DNA of 63,796 bases, the filler included, from Octopus bimaculoides (taxonomy: Eukaryota), in the NCBI RefSeq assembly GCF_001194135.2. It is 5 parts of 4 records of this genome, joined end to end, with 100 filler letters (N's around TTAATTAATTAA, not from the genome) between each part and the next. Parts side by side here need not be neighbours in the genome. Positions count along the whole stretch, not along the records: positions 30,343 to 49,335 come from NC_068982.1; positions 49,436 to 55,340 come from NC_068984.1; 3 more parts are not named here. The stretch is one strand, 5' to 3'. Numbering within the stretch: position 1 is the stretch's first letter; every line of letters starts with the position of its first letter. Below the pieces are notes generated by a model. It was not told the origin of the DNA, did no database searches, and saw nothing but the letters and a program-made list of their open reading frames with translations. Shown piece by piece: positions 41,430 to 53,383 of the stretch. Position numbers and translations under genes: made by a program.

Positions 41430-44150
41430 TCTTTTTAAAAAAATATTACAAGTAATGCTCCCCCGGTAGCATTGCCAAGCTAGAGATCTTTGGAAATTAT
41501 CCATTGGTCCCGGGCCGAATGTTCTCGGGAAAAGTGCGTCTAGCTGATCTTCAACGCCCAACGTCTCCCCAAGAACGTCGATGCACTTTCCGTCCACTAA
41601 CGCAACATAGAAAGCTAGAGTGGGCGTTCCACCTAACGCAGATTCCGACAGGCTTTGGGCTGTAAACCCTTGTAGATATTCCACTTTCTAGATGTTCCCT
41701 CTCGGTCTCTGTTTTACTCAGGACTGCAGTTCTGTTAAAGAAACTAGCTGGGGAAATATGTATCAGGTGAATGGTGACCATACCTATTCATTGTCAAGGA
41801 AGTACTGGAGACGTCGTAGCCTTAGTACATGTCTGCGCATTATCAACTGCAGCATCATCAACCCAGGCCATCACGCAGCGAGTGTTGACAACAGATAAAC
41901 CACGTGACCATCCCTCCCACAAGAAGCGGACGAGTATACGCTCTAATGTAATCAGACAGTGGCCGGACAAGGAACGGCGGTCAAGCGGTAGTAGGTGACG
42001 GATGCGATGAAGGCGTTAACCACCACTGCCCGACCTTTCAGGATAAATTTCTCTCGGCTCATTTCTGGGTGAGAGTAGTCACCCTAATCGTCAACTTATC
42101 CCAGTTTTTTTCCATCTGGAGGTCTGGTCCAAACGAGACTCCGAGCAATTTAAATGGTCCGTCCGTCCAGCTCCCAACGACGGAGTTGGACGGTATGGAC
42201 TTGATTCTCTAGGTGCCGAGCAGCAAGCTCGCTGATTTTTCCTGGTAACTTCTCGCTCCTGAAACCGCCTCGTAATCCCTGAGAGCGCTGCCTATCGTTT
42301 CTATGTGTTTATTATTCGACACCACTTCGGTGACGTCGTCAGCATATGTCGACACGCATCTCCTACATCCTAGATCGCACAGGATGCCTATCAACGTCTC
42401 CAGTTTGTGTAGTAGTGGCTTGAGAGTAATGATATACAAGTGAGATGAGAAATGGCAATTTTGCCGCACCGAGCACATGATATTGAACGGTTATGAGAGG
42501 TGACAGTTCACTCTACCGCTGAACAAATACAGCCCCTGCATACAGGCCAAAAACCGGCTGCCTCGAGAACCACTGTCAGGCATAGATGGACGACCCTATC
42601 GAAAGTTTAGATTTATCTAAATTGATCAGGGCCCCGCCTGTGCTACGTTCTTTAGCCACTTTCTCAATGATGTATCGCATGAAATGGAGATTGTCGTGGA
42701 TGAATCTTTTCGGAATGGCGCATGTCTGTGCCTCTCCTACCAGATCACCCACGACAAGCACCAGCCTCGTAGCTAATACTTTGTCCACAATTTTAAACTC
42801 TGCATGTAGCAGAATTATGGGCCTAAAGTTGTCAATACAGACCCTCTTGTTCGGATCTTTTCTCAGCAACGCCACTACTTCTCGACTTACAAAACTGGGA
42901 ATTCTCCCATTCTGATGCCAATTGCAGTAAACGTTTGCTAAGCGGTCACCGAACAAGTCTGACATTTAAGCGTAAAGTTCGTAGGGCAGATCATCGAAGC
43001 CAGGCGATTTACCCCTCGTGCATCTAGCCATTGCTTCCTGTATTTCAAATGCTGTTCTCAGCCTTTCGCAGCGCTCGCATCCGTCGGTGAAAGCCGAGGC
43101 AGCCCGTCGTGGTAGGACATGAAATCCATCCTGCGAAACGGCTGACTGCTACACCCGAATAGTTGAGCGAAGCGCTGCTGAAAGTCCTCGCACATCTGTT
43201 TCGGATCAGTTATCATTTGTCCATAGTGGTCCGGCAAGAATCGGATAGTGGACTTATTGCGATGCCGTGCCTCTGCCCCTCGGGTCCATTGAACGGATTT
43301 CGTTCCTTCGTGCCTAAGAACACGAGATTGTTCGAGTGCCAATCTCGCTAACGCTCACGTCGGTCGCGATGCCTTTTCTAAAAGCCTCGTCTAAGTTCCT
43401 GACTAGCCCCGCCTTTACTCTCTTTCTTTCTACTGCTAGTCCTTTGCTAAACCTTACTGATTCTATTCCAATCGTCCTTTTCAGGGCGAACCACCATTTT
43501 CTATTGATGGTTGCCCCTGTCAACTATCGCTTAACTAGTTCACTAATCCGGTCACTGAAATCTTTGCGCACAGGTAAAAACGCTTTCAACTTCCAGTAAC
43601 AAGGCACCTCTCTATGAAGCTTATCTATGTTGACTGTACAGATCACGAATTTGTAGTCTGTGTAGTCGATTACTTTAAATTGTGGACAACCTATAATATC
43701 CTTATCTGCTCTCTACTGAATACCCTATTTAGGTACGGTCTGGAATACCCGATGCAGTTTGACCAGGTCCACACTGGCACATCAAGGAAATCCAGTAAGA
43801 CAGTTTGAATCGTTTGAGCAGGTCTGCGAGGCTTTTGCACCTTCCTCCCCTATCTGCTAACCCCCCACAGTCCCACCTTACATCTAAATCTCTATTCTAA
43901 TCTCCCACTGACACTAAGGAGCTGGACGTTCCCAGGTAAGTTTTCAAACATCTGAAGAAACCTGGTCGTCCTGGCCAGAAAGTATGTCCTTCGCTGCCGG
44001 TCACGTCCAGCACCACCGACTTACGCTCTGGATCCGGAAAGTAAAAGAAAATGTACCTCGTTTTTGTTTGAAGAGGCAGTTTGTCCGTCCCTCCTATTGG
44101 GTTGGGGTATTTCCAGCAGCAAATCACCAACAATTCTCTTGGGGATATTC
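41430..44150 (-). pseudogene. L1/Tx1 ORF2 (APE endonuclease-reverse transcriptase) remnant
   Basis: ORFs 43897-44133, 43314-43523, 43058-43342, 42576-42965 and 42209-42478 carry collinear EN and RT motifs. Confidence 0.9.
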
Positions 44151-44439
44151 CCTTGAAAATTTTCGATTTCCTGTGGGAATTGCGTTTTTATGTGTGTGTA
44201 CGTGTTTTTGTTGTTTGAACGATTTCTATGTGTGCCGGTAGTGAGATTGTGGGTGACAGAAAATCTTCTGGTTTTATGTTTGTGTGTGTGTTACTATCTG
44301 CTTCATCAATTCATTGTGTTTTGTGCTTATTGCCATGTAGTTTGTAACGCTAGTCTCTTTACTTTGTATTTGTTGTTGTGGTTATGTGTGTGGGATGGCT
44401 TGTGTTTGCGGTGTTGTCGGTTGAGGTTGTGTTTCAGGC

Positions 44440-45955
44440 GTTAGAGGTGGTGGTGTCAATGCAATGTCTATTTTAGGGGTATTCGTTTTTGTTAGTTTTA
44501 TTTTGTCCTCTCTACTGCTTCTTCGTTTTGGTTTTGTTTTTATCTTCCACTCCTCATCGCGATCAAATGCTTCACATGTGATGTCCTCTCGCTCGACTTC
44601 AGGAAGTGGAACATCTTCGGGTGGTGAAAAGGTTTTGGTGGAACTCGGCTTGGTATGGTTGGTATTGGTGCTGCCACGGCTGAATCTGCTGATAGTGATT
44701 GTGCTGCTGCTGTTGTCGCACGAATTTTGGTAGGTGTTAGCGTAGTGGGAGATGTGCCTGTCTTTTTTTCCTTCAATCTCTTCAATCTAGGGCAGAAAGC
44801 ATTTAGATGAATGGTCGAAAAGCAAATGTGACACTTTGCTTTCCTTCCGTCCACCCTGACTGGAATAATGCTGCCTCCAGGAAGATCGATCCGGTATGGG
44901 ATGAGATCCACATTCTTTCGGGTTGTTTGGAGGAGGAATTCTATCGTCATCCCGGACCAGTTCTCCTTTTCTGGTTTGACAGACTTCGACGATTTTCGAG
45001 TTTTCCTCGATGCCTATCCTTGCTGCAGCAATTAGCCAAGGATTGGTGGCACCTGTTGTATTATTATTTTGGGCAGTCTCTGGCCGCAGTAAAAGGGAAT
45101 TAACAACAACTCCTCGCCTTTGAGGTGCTTCACAGAGCGAGCCTTAGCTTCCTCCTCTGTGCGGACCCTCACCTCCACCATTCCGTAGCCCCTTCCTCTT
45201 CGTATGGACGGAACCTAAAGCCTTTTGTGCTTGAGCCTCTGTGATTCTTTCCACCCTCCTTGACTGTAATCGAATTGTACGGTACGTCACTGTAAGACAT
45301 ATCGTACTTTGGATAGTTTCAATGGCGGTATTTAGCATGTGGTATTTAGCTTGACAGCTAGCCTGTCTCATTCGACTAGGTGTCTGGTATTTCTAATTAC
45401 CTCTTCAGAGAATAAGATTCTCTGAAGAGACTACTCGGTGCCACTAGCGAAAGAAAAGTTTGAGTTATTCCAAGCCGTTGCACCGGTTTGTTGCTCAGTT
45501 CCTTCGTCGATCTTATCGTTGTTGTTGTTAGTGGTGGTGGTGTGTTTAAGTTTCTCGCTGGTTTCATTAACGTCTTTTGCATTGTTTTGTCGTTCTCTGT
45601 TTCTTTGTTTTTCAATACTCTTTGTTGTTGTAGTGGCTGTGGTGTTGGGTGGGGATGGGGTTACTTTCGTTGCTGTCATTATAACTATGATTGACTTCGT
45701 GCTGCTAAAACTAGTGATGGTGACGGTGGTGGTAATATTGCCGTTGCTGATTTCTTGTGCTCTTTCACAGTTCAGATTTTTCTTATTATTGTTAATATTG
45801 TTGTTGTTGCTGCTGCCGCCGCTATCACCCTTCGTCTCATTAGCTATAAGGGGAGAGGGCAACAGAAGAGGAGGAAAGTCTTCGTCTGACGGAGGGTTAG
45901 TGGGAGGTACGGCAATCCATCTCAATACTGCGGCGATGGCAGATGGTGACGCCAT
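44440..45955 (-). pseudogene. L1/Tx1 ORF1 (gag-like, zinc knuckle) remnant
   Basis: Successive frames 45431-46066, 45144-45371 and 44540-44950; CX2CX4HX4C motif. Confidence 0.8.
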
Positions 45956-46211
45956 CTTGAGTGTATATTTGTCTGGTTTTTTTTTTTTTTCAAAATAGGT
46001 GGGAGTTTTATGAAGGCAAAAATATTGCACCGTAAGGAGTAAAACCAACCACAGAACCCCAGGCAAGAAATTCCTGGTGTTCCCAACAACGAGTTTAAAC
46101 CAAAACTTAAAACATAAAACAATAACAAGTTGGGGGAAAACGATAATTACAACAGAGATTCACGCAGCGTCTTCGGATACACGTGGTTACACCTCCGCAG
46201 CAAGTGTAACG

Positions 46212-46227
46212 ATAATAATAACAACAA

Positions 46228-46297
<70 letters not shown>
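46212..46297. repeat. (AAC)n/(AAT)n microsatellite abutting the LINE 5' end
   Basis: Direct sequence. Confidence 0.95.
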
Positions 46298-46483
46298 TTA
46301 CATGTTGAACTTTATTGAATGTGTTGATATAATCAGTGGTTAAATCGGACGTATCGCTAACATAAGATCTTATCTCTGGGCGTTAGTAGTAGTTTAAAGG
46401 CAATGTTGTTACGACATTCAATAATGTTGAATGTACTAATTATTATCCGTTAGGAATACTACTGTTGTCGTCTATATCTAATT

Positions 46484-46524
<41 letters not shown>

Positions 46525-46913
46525 GGATATGTCGTAAGAAGTTTGCTTTCCAATCACATGCTTCCAGATTCAGTCCCACTGCGTGACTCCTTGTGCGAGT
46601 GTCTTCTACTATAGCCTCGGTCAGACCAAAGCCTTGTGAGTGGATTTTGTAGACAGAAGCTCAGAGAAGTCCGTTGCATCTATATGTATATATATATATA
46701 TATATATGTGTGTGTGCGTCTGTGTTTGTCCCCCCATCACCACTTGGCAACCAGTGTTGCTGTGTTTATGTCCCCATAATTTTGCGGTTCGGCAAAAGAG
46801 TCTGATAGAATATCAAAGCTTTAACAAAATGTACTGGGGTGGATTCATTCGACTAAAAATTCAAGGCGGTGCCCTAGCATGGCTTCAGTCTAATGACTGA
46901 AACAGGTATAGGA
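46525..46913 (+). mobile_element. SINE family D, long form with internal (TA)/(TG) microsatellite and 3' tail (...TTCAAGGCGGTGCCCTAGCATGG...)
   Basis: First half matches 40440. Second half matches the fragments at ~55150-55270 and ~22876-22935. Confidence 0.85.
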
Positions 46914-47871
46914 TAATGATATTTTGACTAAGCTTCATACTACTTAATCTTTCATGTGCTTGTATGACGAACCCATCTCTTGAGATATCTAGAGCGAATA
47001 TAAGAATTTGCTATACATTTCAGATGTTTCTATAGCAGATAATAGTCTATTGGTCAACTTTAATCACGTGGTTTTACTGGTCTACAAGCGATATCAGTGT
47101 TTTCCATTTTTGTGTTCGGAGAGTATGTTGGCATAAAACTGTCACCAATAGGCCTGGAAGCCTGTGTATGGTGTGTTTAGCGACATTAGTTCCTTGTATT
47201 TCATAGTACACATAGTAACGTGGGGATATTGTCGCGGTTTACTTGCTCGGCGTAAGATCAGTAGAATATTAACACTTTAGGGTCAAAGATTTTCCATGGA
47301 AGTAACTAGATTTGGTGGTGCTGGATTAACAATTGGTGGTGCCTGTTTAAACATTCAGGCTGGATGGTCAGCATGCTTGGGCTGTAGTCTATACTACCGG
47401 TAGGGGAGGGGCTAATTACGCTGTCCTTATTTGTGGGGAAGCCAGGCCTAAGTTGTTATATATATATAGATTATCAGGTGACAGTGATTTGAAGTTCATT
47501 GGTTGCAGAGTCTCAAGACGAAACGGGACAGAGAGTTGGAATTTTCCTATTCCTCTACCTGGAGGTGCACATATTGTGTATAGCTTCACTTAAAATCATT
47601 GGCTGTCATGCCCGTGTAGAGTCTTTAATGCAATTAAATGGCGTGAAGGAGAGTTTGTACATTACAGACCTTGAAAGGCAGAATATTACTATTAGACACT
47701 TGGTAGGATTTTGGAGGCTAGAAGTTGGAGTGTGCATTGGAGGGTCTGTAGGCGTGTGTTTGCATCTACATTAGATTCTGGTGTTAGAAGCGATGTTGTC
47801 TAAGCAGGAGCGACGAGCCTTAACAGCAGCTCACACAAATACATACACACACATCACATACACACAAACAC

Positions 47872-47906
<35 letters not shown>

Positions 47907-49435
47907 NNNNNNNNNNNNNNNNNNNNNNNNNNNNNNNNNNNNNNNNNNNNNNNNNNNNNNNNNNNNNNNNNNNNNNNNNNNNNNNNNNNNNNNNNNNNNN
48001 NNNNNNNNNNNNNNNNNNNNNNNNNNNNNNNNNNNNNNNNNNNNNNNNNNNNNNNNNNNNNNNNNNNNNNNNNNNNNNNNNNNNNNNNNNNNNNNNNNNN
48101 NNNNNNNNNNNNNNCGTGTGTACGTGTATGTATATGTGTGTATCTGTGAGTGAATACGACTGTGGCTAACTTCAGAAACTGATATGTGTGAATTATATCA
48201 TTTTCTTACAAATTGCTGACAAATAAGAATGTTTCGATGCAAACTACCAGAAATAATGAAAGGATGTTACGGTGAAACATTCAGGAACGATGATAGAAAT
48301 ATCTACTATGAGAAAAAGAGGAAAACAGATCGATCTTGCTGGAATACCTTTGACCATAACAATTATCAACAAGTGTTAATAGTGTTCAAATACAATATTA
48401 GAAGAAGAAAACTTATAACGCATATGAAGCAAATCTTCAAGGTCAACTATGTAGGGTGATAACAAAATTTTAGATTTCCAACAAAAGACTTGACGAATAA
48501 ATTAATAAAAACAACATGAAAAATAAGGGTACAGCACCTTAATATCATTGACATTTATATGCATTTCTAGCAGTTTCCATATCTTTAATGGAATGATTTG
48601 CTCGTGGGATCAATACACAGAAGAACACCAACATAAGAATGGCGATATAATGAAAAGGTTTTAACGAGAGATATTTCAGCGCGAAATATCAAGATAAATT
48701 CCGCCATATTACTTCCGTTTCAGCTGTTCGTTTATCCTATGGAAACCTAAAACATTCAACCATCCCCAAACGGCTCCAGCTTCATAACTACCTTACTATC
48801 TAGTCTCTAATAATACTACTAAATAACATAGATTTTCTTTCCTCTTCAATAACATTTAATTATAACTTGGTCTCCGATACAAAACTCATTAGGCGATATA
48901 AGTTTGACGCCAAGCCAATATAGAAGTCTTCTACAACGTAGAGTGACGTATTAATAGAATGAAAATAGCCCCCTCCGTGACACGCACAACCGTAATAAAA
49001 CATATGTAGAATGACAACAACAAAAGGACATCTACATACAATATATATGTGGTGCGTGTACATGTGCGTGCCTGCCTGTATGTGTGTATATATGTGGTGT
49101 GCGTGTGTGTGTGTGTGCGTGTGTGTGTGCGTGTGTGTGTGCGTGTGTGTGTGCGTGTGTGTGTGTGTTTCACCAATAATAAACAAGAGCAAACGTAGCA
49201 AAGAAAAAATACAATAAAATAAATCTAAGAACACAAAAATAACAAGATAACTGGACGAAATCACATGACAGCAATTCCATTTCATCTCAATATATTCATG
49301 AAACTAATAATCTAATTGAACACTTATATTAATAANNNNNNNNNNNNNNNNNNNNNNNNNNNNNNNNNNNNNNNNNNNNTTAATTAATTAANNNNNNNNN
49401 NNNNNNNNNNNNNNNNNNNNNNNNNNNNNNNNNNN

Positions 49436-50110
49436 CCACCACCACCACCACCAAAACCACCACTACCACCACCACCACCACCACCATCACCACCACAATT
49501 AGTAACATCCCTATCATCACTACTACCACTATTCTTTCTGCCGCCACTTCTAGCATCATTATCAATGTAAAGTTTATCCTCTTCTTGCTACCATCAGCAC
49601 TATCACCATCACCATCACCATCACAGCAACCATCCTCATCACCACTACTACCAATACATATCACCATCGGAAACGCTAACATAACCCCGACGACCATCAC
49701 ACCAACATCCTTACCACCACCACCACCACCACCACTAATGCTAACGTCATCATCACTGCGAGCTCGACTACTACTACTACTACTACAAGCACCACCACCA
49801 CCACCACCACCACCACCNNNNNNNNNNNNNNNNNNNNNNNNNNNNNNNNNNNNNNNNNNNNNNNNNNNNNNNNNNNNNNNNNNNNNNNNNNNNNNNNNNN
49901 NNNNNNNNNNNNNNNNNNNNNNNNNNNNNNNNNNNNNNNNNNNNNNNNNNNNNNNNNNNNNNNNNNNNNNNNNNNNNNNNNNNNNNNNNNNNNNNNNNNN
50001 NNNNNNNNNNNNNNNNNNNNNNNNNNNNNNNNNNNNNNNNNNNNNNNNNNNNNNNNNNNNNNNNNNNNNNNNNCTACTACAACTAGCGTTGCTACAACCA
50101 TCACTACCAC
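49436..50110. repeat. (CAC)n/(CTA)n low-complexity tract spanning a gap
   Basis: Direct sequence. Confidence 0.9.
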
Positions 50111-50956
50111 TAGCAGTATTAACGCCGATACTCTCATACCAGACCGCAACGGCACCACGCTTGCCATTACCACCCGGGTACCTACACCCTTCAGTCGTAG
50201 TCCCAGACGCCCGCCAACTTTCAATATACCGCCCCTTTTTTCTATTTCTGTACATTCCATATTCCACATACCTCCCCATACAAACAGCAAAAAAATAATA
50301 AGAAAAACACAATAAAAAAAGAATAAAGGAAAAAAAAGCCTCTACTTGAAAAAAGAAAGTATAGAAAAAAAAAACAATGAAAATGTAAGAACAATAATAA
50401 GAATAATATTCCTAAAATATGAGAGGATAATTGAAAAGAAAAACTGAAAAAGGAAGTAAAGAAGTAAAAAAAGAAGAGAAAGAAACGAAGCAAAGAAATG
50501 GTCGGCATTTGCGACTGTTGCGGAAATAGCATTTTGAGGATTTTGTAGACTGACGCTTGTTGTTAGAAATTGTAGAGGCCCAAATCCAAACATATGTATT
50601 TTGGTTTGGTTATCATTCAAAAAGTTTTAAGTTGAAGCAAAACAAACAACACACTTGTGGCTGTATAATCTATTTCTCTATCTACTACACTATTTTTAGT
50701 GCATCTCTTTTTACCCCTATTCTATCTACCGCTCTCTCTCTCTCCCTCTCTCTCTCCCTCTCTCTCTTCCCCCTCTCTGTCTCTCTCTTTTCTTCTCTTT
50801 CTCTCTGTCTCTCTCTTTCCTTCTCTTTCTCTCTGTCTCTATATCTCTCTCTCTTTCCCTCTCTTTCTCTCTGTTTTTGTCTCTCTCACTTACTTTCTCT
50901 CTCTCTGTTTTTGTCTCTCTCTCACTCTGTTTCGCAGTGTGTGTGTATGTGTTTTT

Positions 50957-51012
50957 GCGAGACCAAAGTCTTATGAATAGATCTGGTAGACGGAAACTGA
51001 AAGAAGCCTGTC
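50957..51012 (+). mobile_element. SINE family D 3' fragment fused to the Penelope-like element
   Basis: GACCAAAGTCTTATGAATAGATCTGGTAGACGGAAACTGAAAGAAGCCTGTC matches the family D tail GACCAAAGCCTTGTGAGTGGATTTGGTAGACGGAAACTGAAAGAAGCCCGTC. Confidence 0.8.
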
Positions 51013-53014
51013 TTAAACCCAATCTAACTCAATCCATCCCCGTCCATCCATTAACTTCCCTTACAATCGATGAGTTTGAGAAGGCCCCGGGAATACTTGT
51101 ACCTGCGGATAAAACCGGTAATATTTACATTGTTGATTTTGACCTTTATGAGAATTTAATACGCAAGGAACTATATGGTAAATACTGACACGTACACTCT
51201 GATACACTAAATAGAATCAATAGAAGGGGATTAGAATAGTGAACCACCGAGATATTCACGATAGGACTGAACCTCGTGTACCAAGAAAACCTCGTATAAC
51301 GCTGAAAGACCATAAGCCGAATTTTTGGAGTGACCTCTCAGTTAGACTAATCTACCACTCGAAATCGGAGATTGGGAGGGTAAGTAAGACGATTATAGAT
51401 AGAATAATGCCAAAACTAAGATCTAAAAACACCCTATCACTGTGGTCAGATACACAGAACGTAATCGAGTAGTTCAGCCAATTCGAAATAGATAAATACA
51501 ATGAATTCATTCAACTGGACATCGAGGGATATTACGCCAACATTGACCCTATTCTCTTAAAGAAGGCATTAATCTCCGCAAAGAATAATTCAGACCTTTC
51601 TAAATACAAAATCGGCGTAACACTAACGGCGCGCAGAACCCTAGTATATTTTGATGGTAAACTGTGGAACCGTTCTGATAGAGAAGACGTATTCGATATA
51701 GCTATGGGATCCTCAGATTCTGCACAAGCCACCGACCTAGTCAGTGTCTATATCTTATCCCTGATCCAGTCCTTTCTCCCGGGAATCTGTGGAGGTCTAT
51801 ACAGAGATGATGCGTTATTCTTCATAAACAGATGTAGTAAAGTAGAGCGAGAAAAACACAAAAAAAATATTTATTTTAGTTTTTTTTTAAACTTCGAACT
51901 CTCAATAACCATAGATGACGAATACCGTAGAATAAATTTCTTAGACGCTACTTTCGATTTAGATACTGGACTGCATGAAACACTTCATAAACCCAATGAG
52001 AGCATAAAATACATAAACATTGGATCAAATCATCTGCCATCTATTATTAGGGGACTGGTTAATAACATTTCGGCCAAAATATGTAGATTGTCCGCCAACG
52101 AAGATATATTCAACAAACACGCTGCCTATTATAACGCCGCCCTGGCTGCAGCCGGCTACCGTGCGAAAATCCAATACGCGGGTAGTAGTAGTTGCAATAA
52201 TAACGATAGTATCAATCCAAATGGCTCAGTGAGTAGTAGTAAGAATAATAATAGTAATAACACACAGAGCCCCGGGAATAACCCCACCAAATACGACACT
52301 AATCACACGCACAACGTTCAGAACCTGCGTAGAAGTATCCCAAACCACAAGGATAAGGCAATCACAAATAGGTACATGAGAACCAAAAATGGGATAAAAA
52401 TAGCAACGGACAATACATCACAATTAAAGACACGGCACTATAAAATCCAAACGCCACCCCAAACACCCGAACAAATAGACTTAATAGGAGATTCAAAAAG
52501 CATATGGTCCTCTGGTACAACGCGATCTGGAGCTTGAACATCCTATCCAGGATTGGGAAACAGTTCTTCGTTGCTTCCCTAAAAATAGCACGTACAGTCA
52601 GCTGTTCAACCGGCACACTGTGAAACTGTCGCATGCGAATTCATCGAATATGGAACACCACATTCATAGAATTAACAACCGAAAACTAAGGCAGCGTGCA
52701 GGATGCATCGAAAACAGGCCCTCAACAATTGACAGAGACGCATATAACGACCCCAGTGACTTTGAAAATACCAACCACATAACGCATCTAAGTAACAATG
52801 ACTCGAACAATAACACAAACCAACAGAGGAAAAACAACTTCAAAAACTTTACTTACCAACAAACCAATCTGATAGCTACAACAACTCAAACAACAACACA
52901 AACACATCCAGAAATAATAGAAATAATAATAGGGTAGCAACGAGCAGGAATGTAGATAGAACCGACCGGACAGGTACTGGCTGTATACACGCAAACAAAA
53001 GAACTGAAAATCTA

Positions 53015-53383
53015 TGCTCATGCAGGGACCGTTCGAAGTGTCCGCTGGCTAACCAATGCAAGACCTGAAATGTAGCGTACAAGTGCACCGTAAATACTAA
53101 TAGAGGTCCCTACATATATATTGGTGCATCTGCTGATATTTTCAAAAATAGATATAGAAACCACATCGCCAGCTTTCGAAAAATTCTTAAATGGCACGCA
53201 ACATCACTGGCCGATTTCGTCTGGCGACTCAAGGTAGAGATAATAAAATACGACCTGACCTGGTCGATAATTAGACACGCGAGTCCCTACAGCACTCTAT
53301 CCCGGAAATGCCAGTTATGTTCCGAGGAATCGCTGCCCATATTGTTGATAAAAGAGCGGATTACAAATAGATTTGCTGAATGA
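53015..53383 (+). pseudogene. GIY-YIG endonuclease domain of the PLE
   Basis: Manual translation: CSCRDRSKCPLANQCKT*NVAYKCTVNTNRGPYIYIGASADIFKNRYRNHIASF...TSLADFVWRLK...WSIIRHASPYSTLSRKCQLCSEESL. One in-frame TGA at 53066-53068, so the ORF track misses it. Confidence 0.88.

Larger units (their letters stand above)
41400..46210 (-). mobile_element. L1/Tx1-clade non-LTR retrotransposon, near full length, decayed
   Basis: ORF1 from MASPSAIAA (~45955) has a CCHC knuckle CHICFSTIHLNAFC (~44790-44835). ORF2 AP endonuclease motifs: SVGD, WTWSN..SRPYLNRV, YTDYK (SDH-equivalent), YWKL. RT motifs: FRPIILLHAEFKIVDKVLATRL, IHDNL..INLDKSK, SVRQNCHFS, TYADDVT (42335-42346). Many stops and frameshifts; the ends are approximate. 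Confidence 0.93.

Noticed and set aside
41398-46210. 11 of 12 bp inverted match between the two LINE ends (GTAACACTTGCT and AGCAAGTGTAAC)
   Set aside because: It is short, was found with flexible boundaries, and non-LTR elements have no TIRs; probably chance.
46090-46210. Possible HDV-like ribozyme in the LINE 5' UTR
   Set aside because: Hairpins are present, but I could not build the P1/P1.1/P2/P3 nested pseudoknot.
47100-47830. GC-richer unique block, perhaps an old retroelement remnant
   Set aside because: No interpretable motifs in the frames I checked; it cannot be assigned without a repeat library search.
53066-53068. In-frame TGA in the GIY-YIG as possible selenocysteine (as in some Naiad PLEs)
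   Set aside because: It is not at a Cys-motif position, and the element has other stops (TAG, TGA) and frameshifts, so it is ordinary decay.
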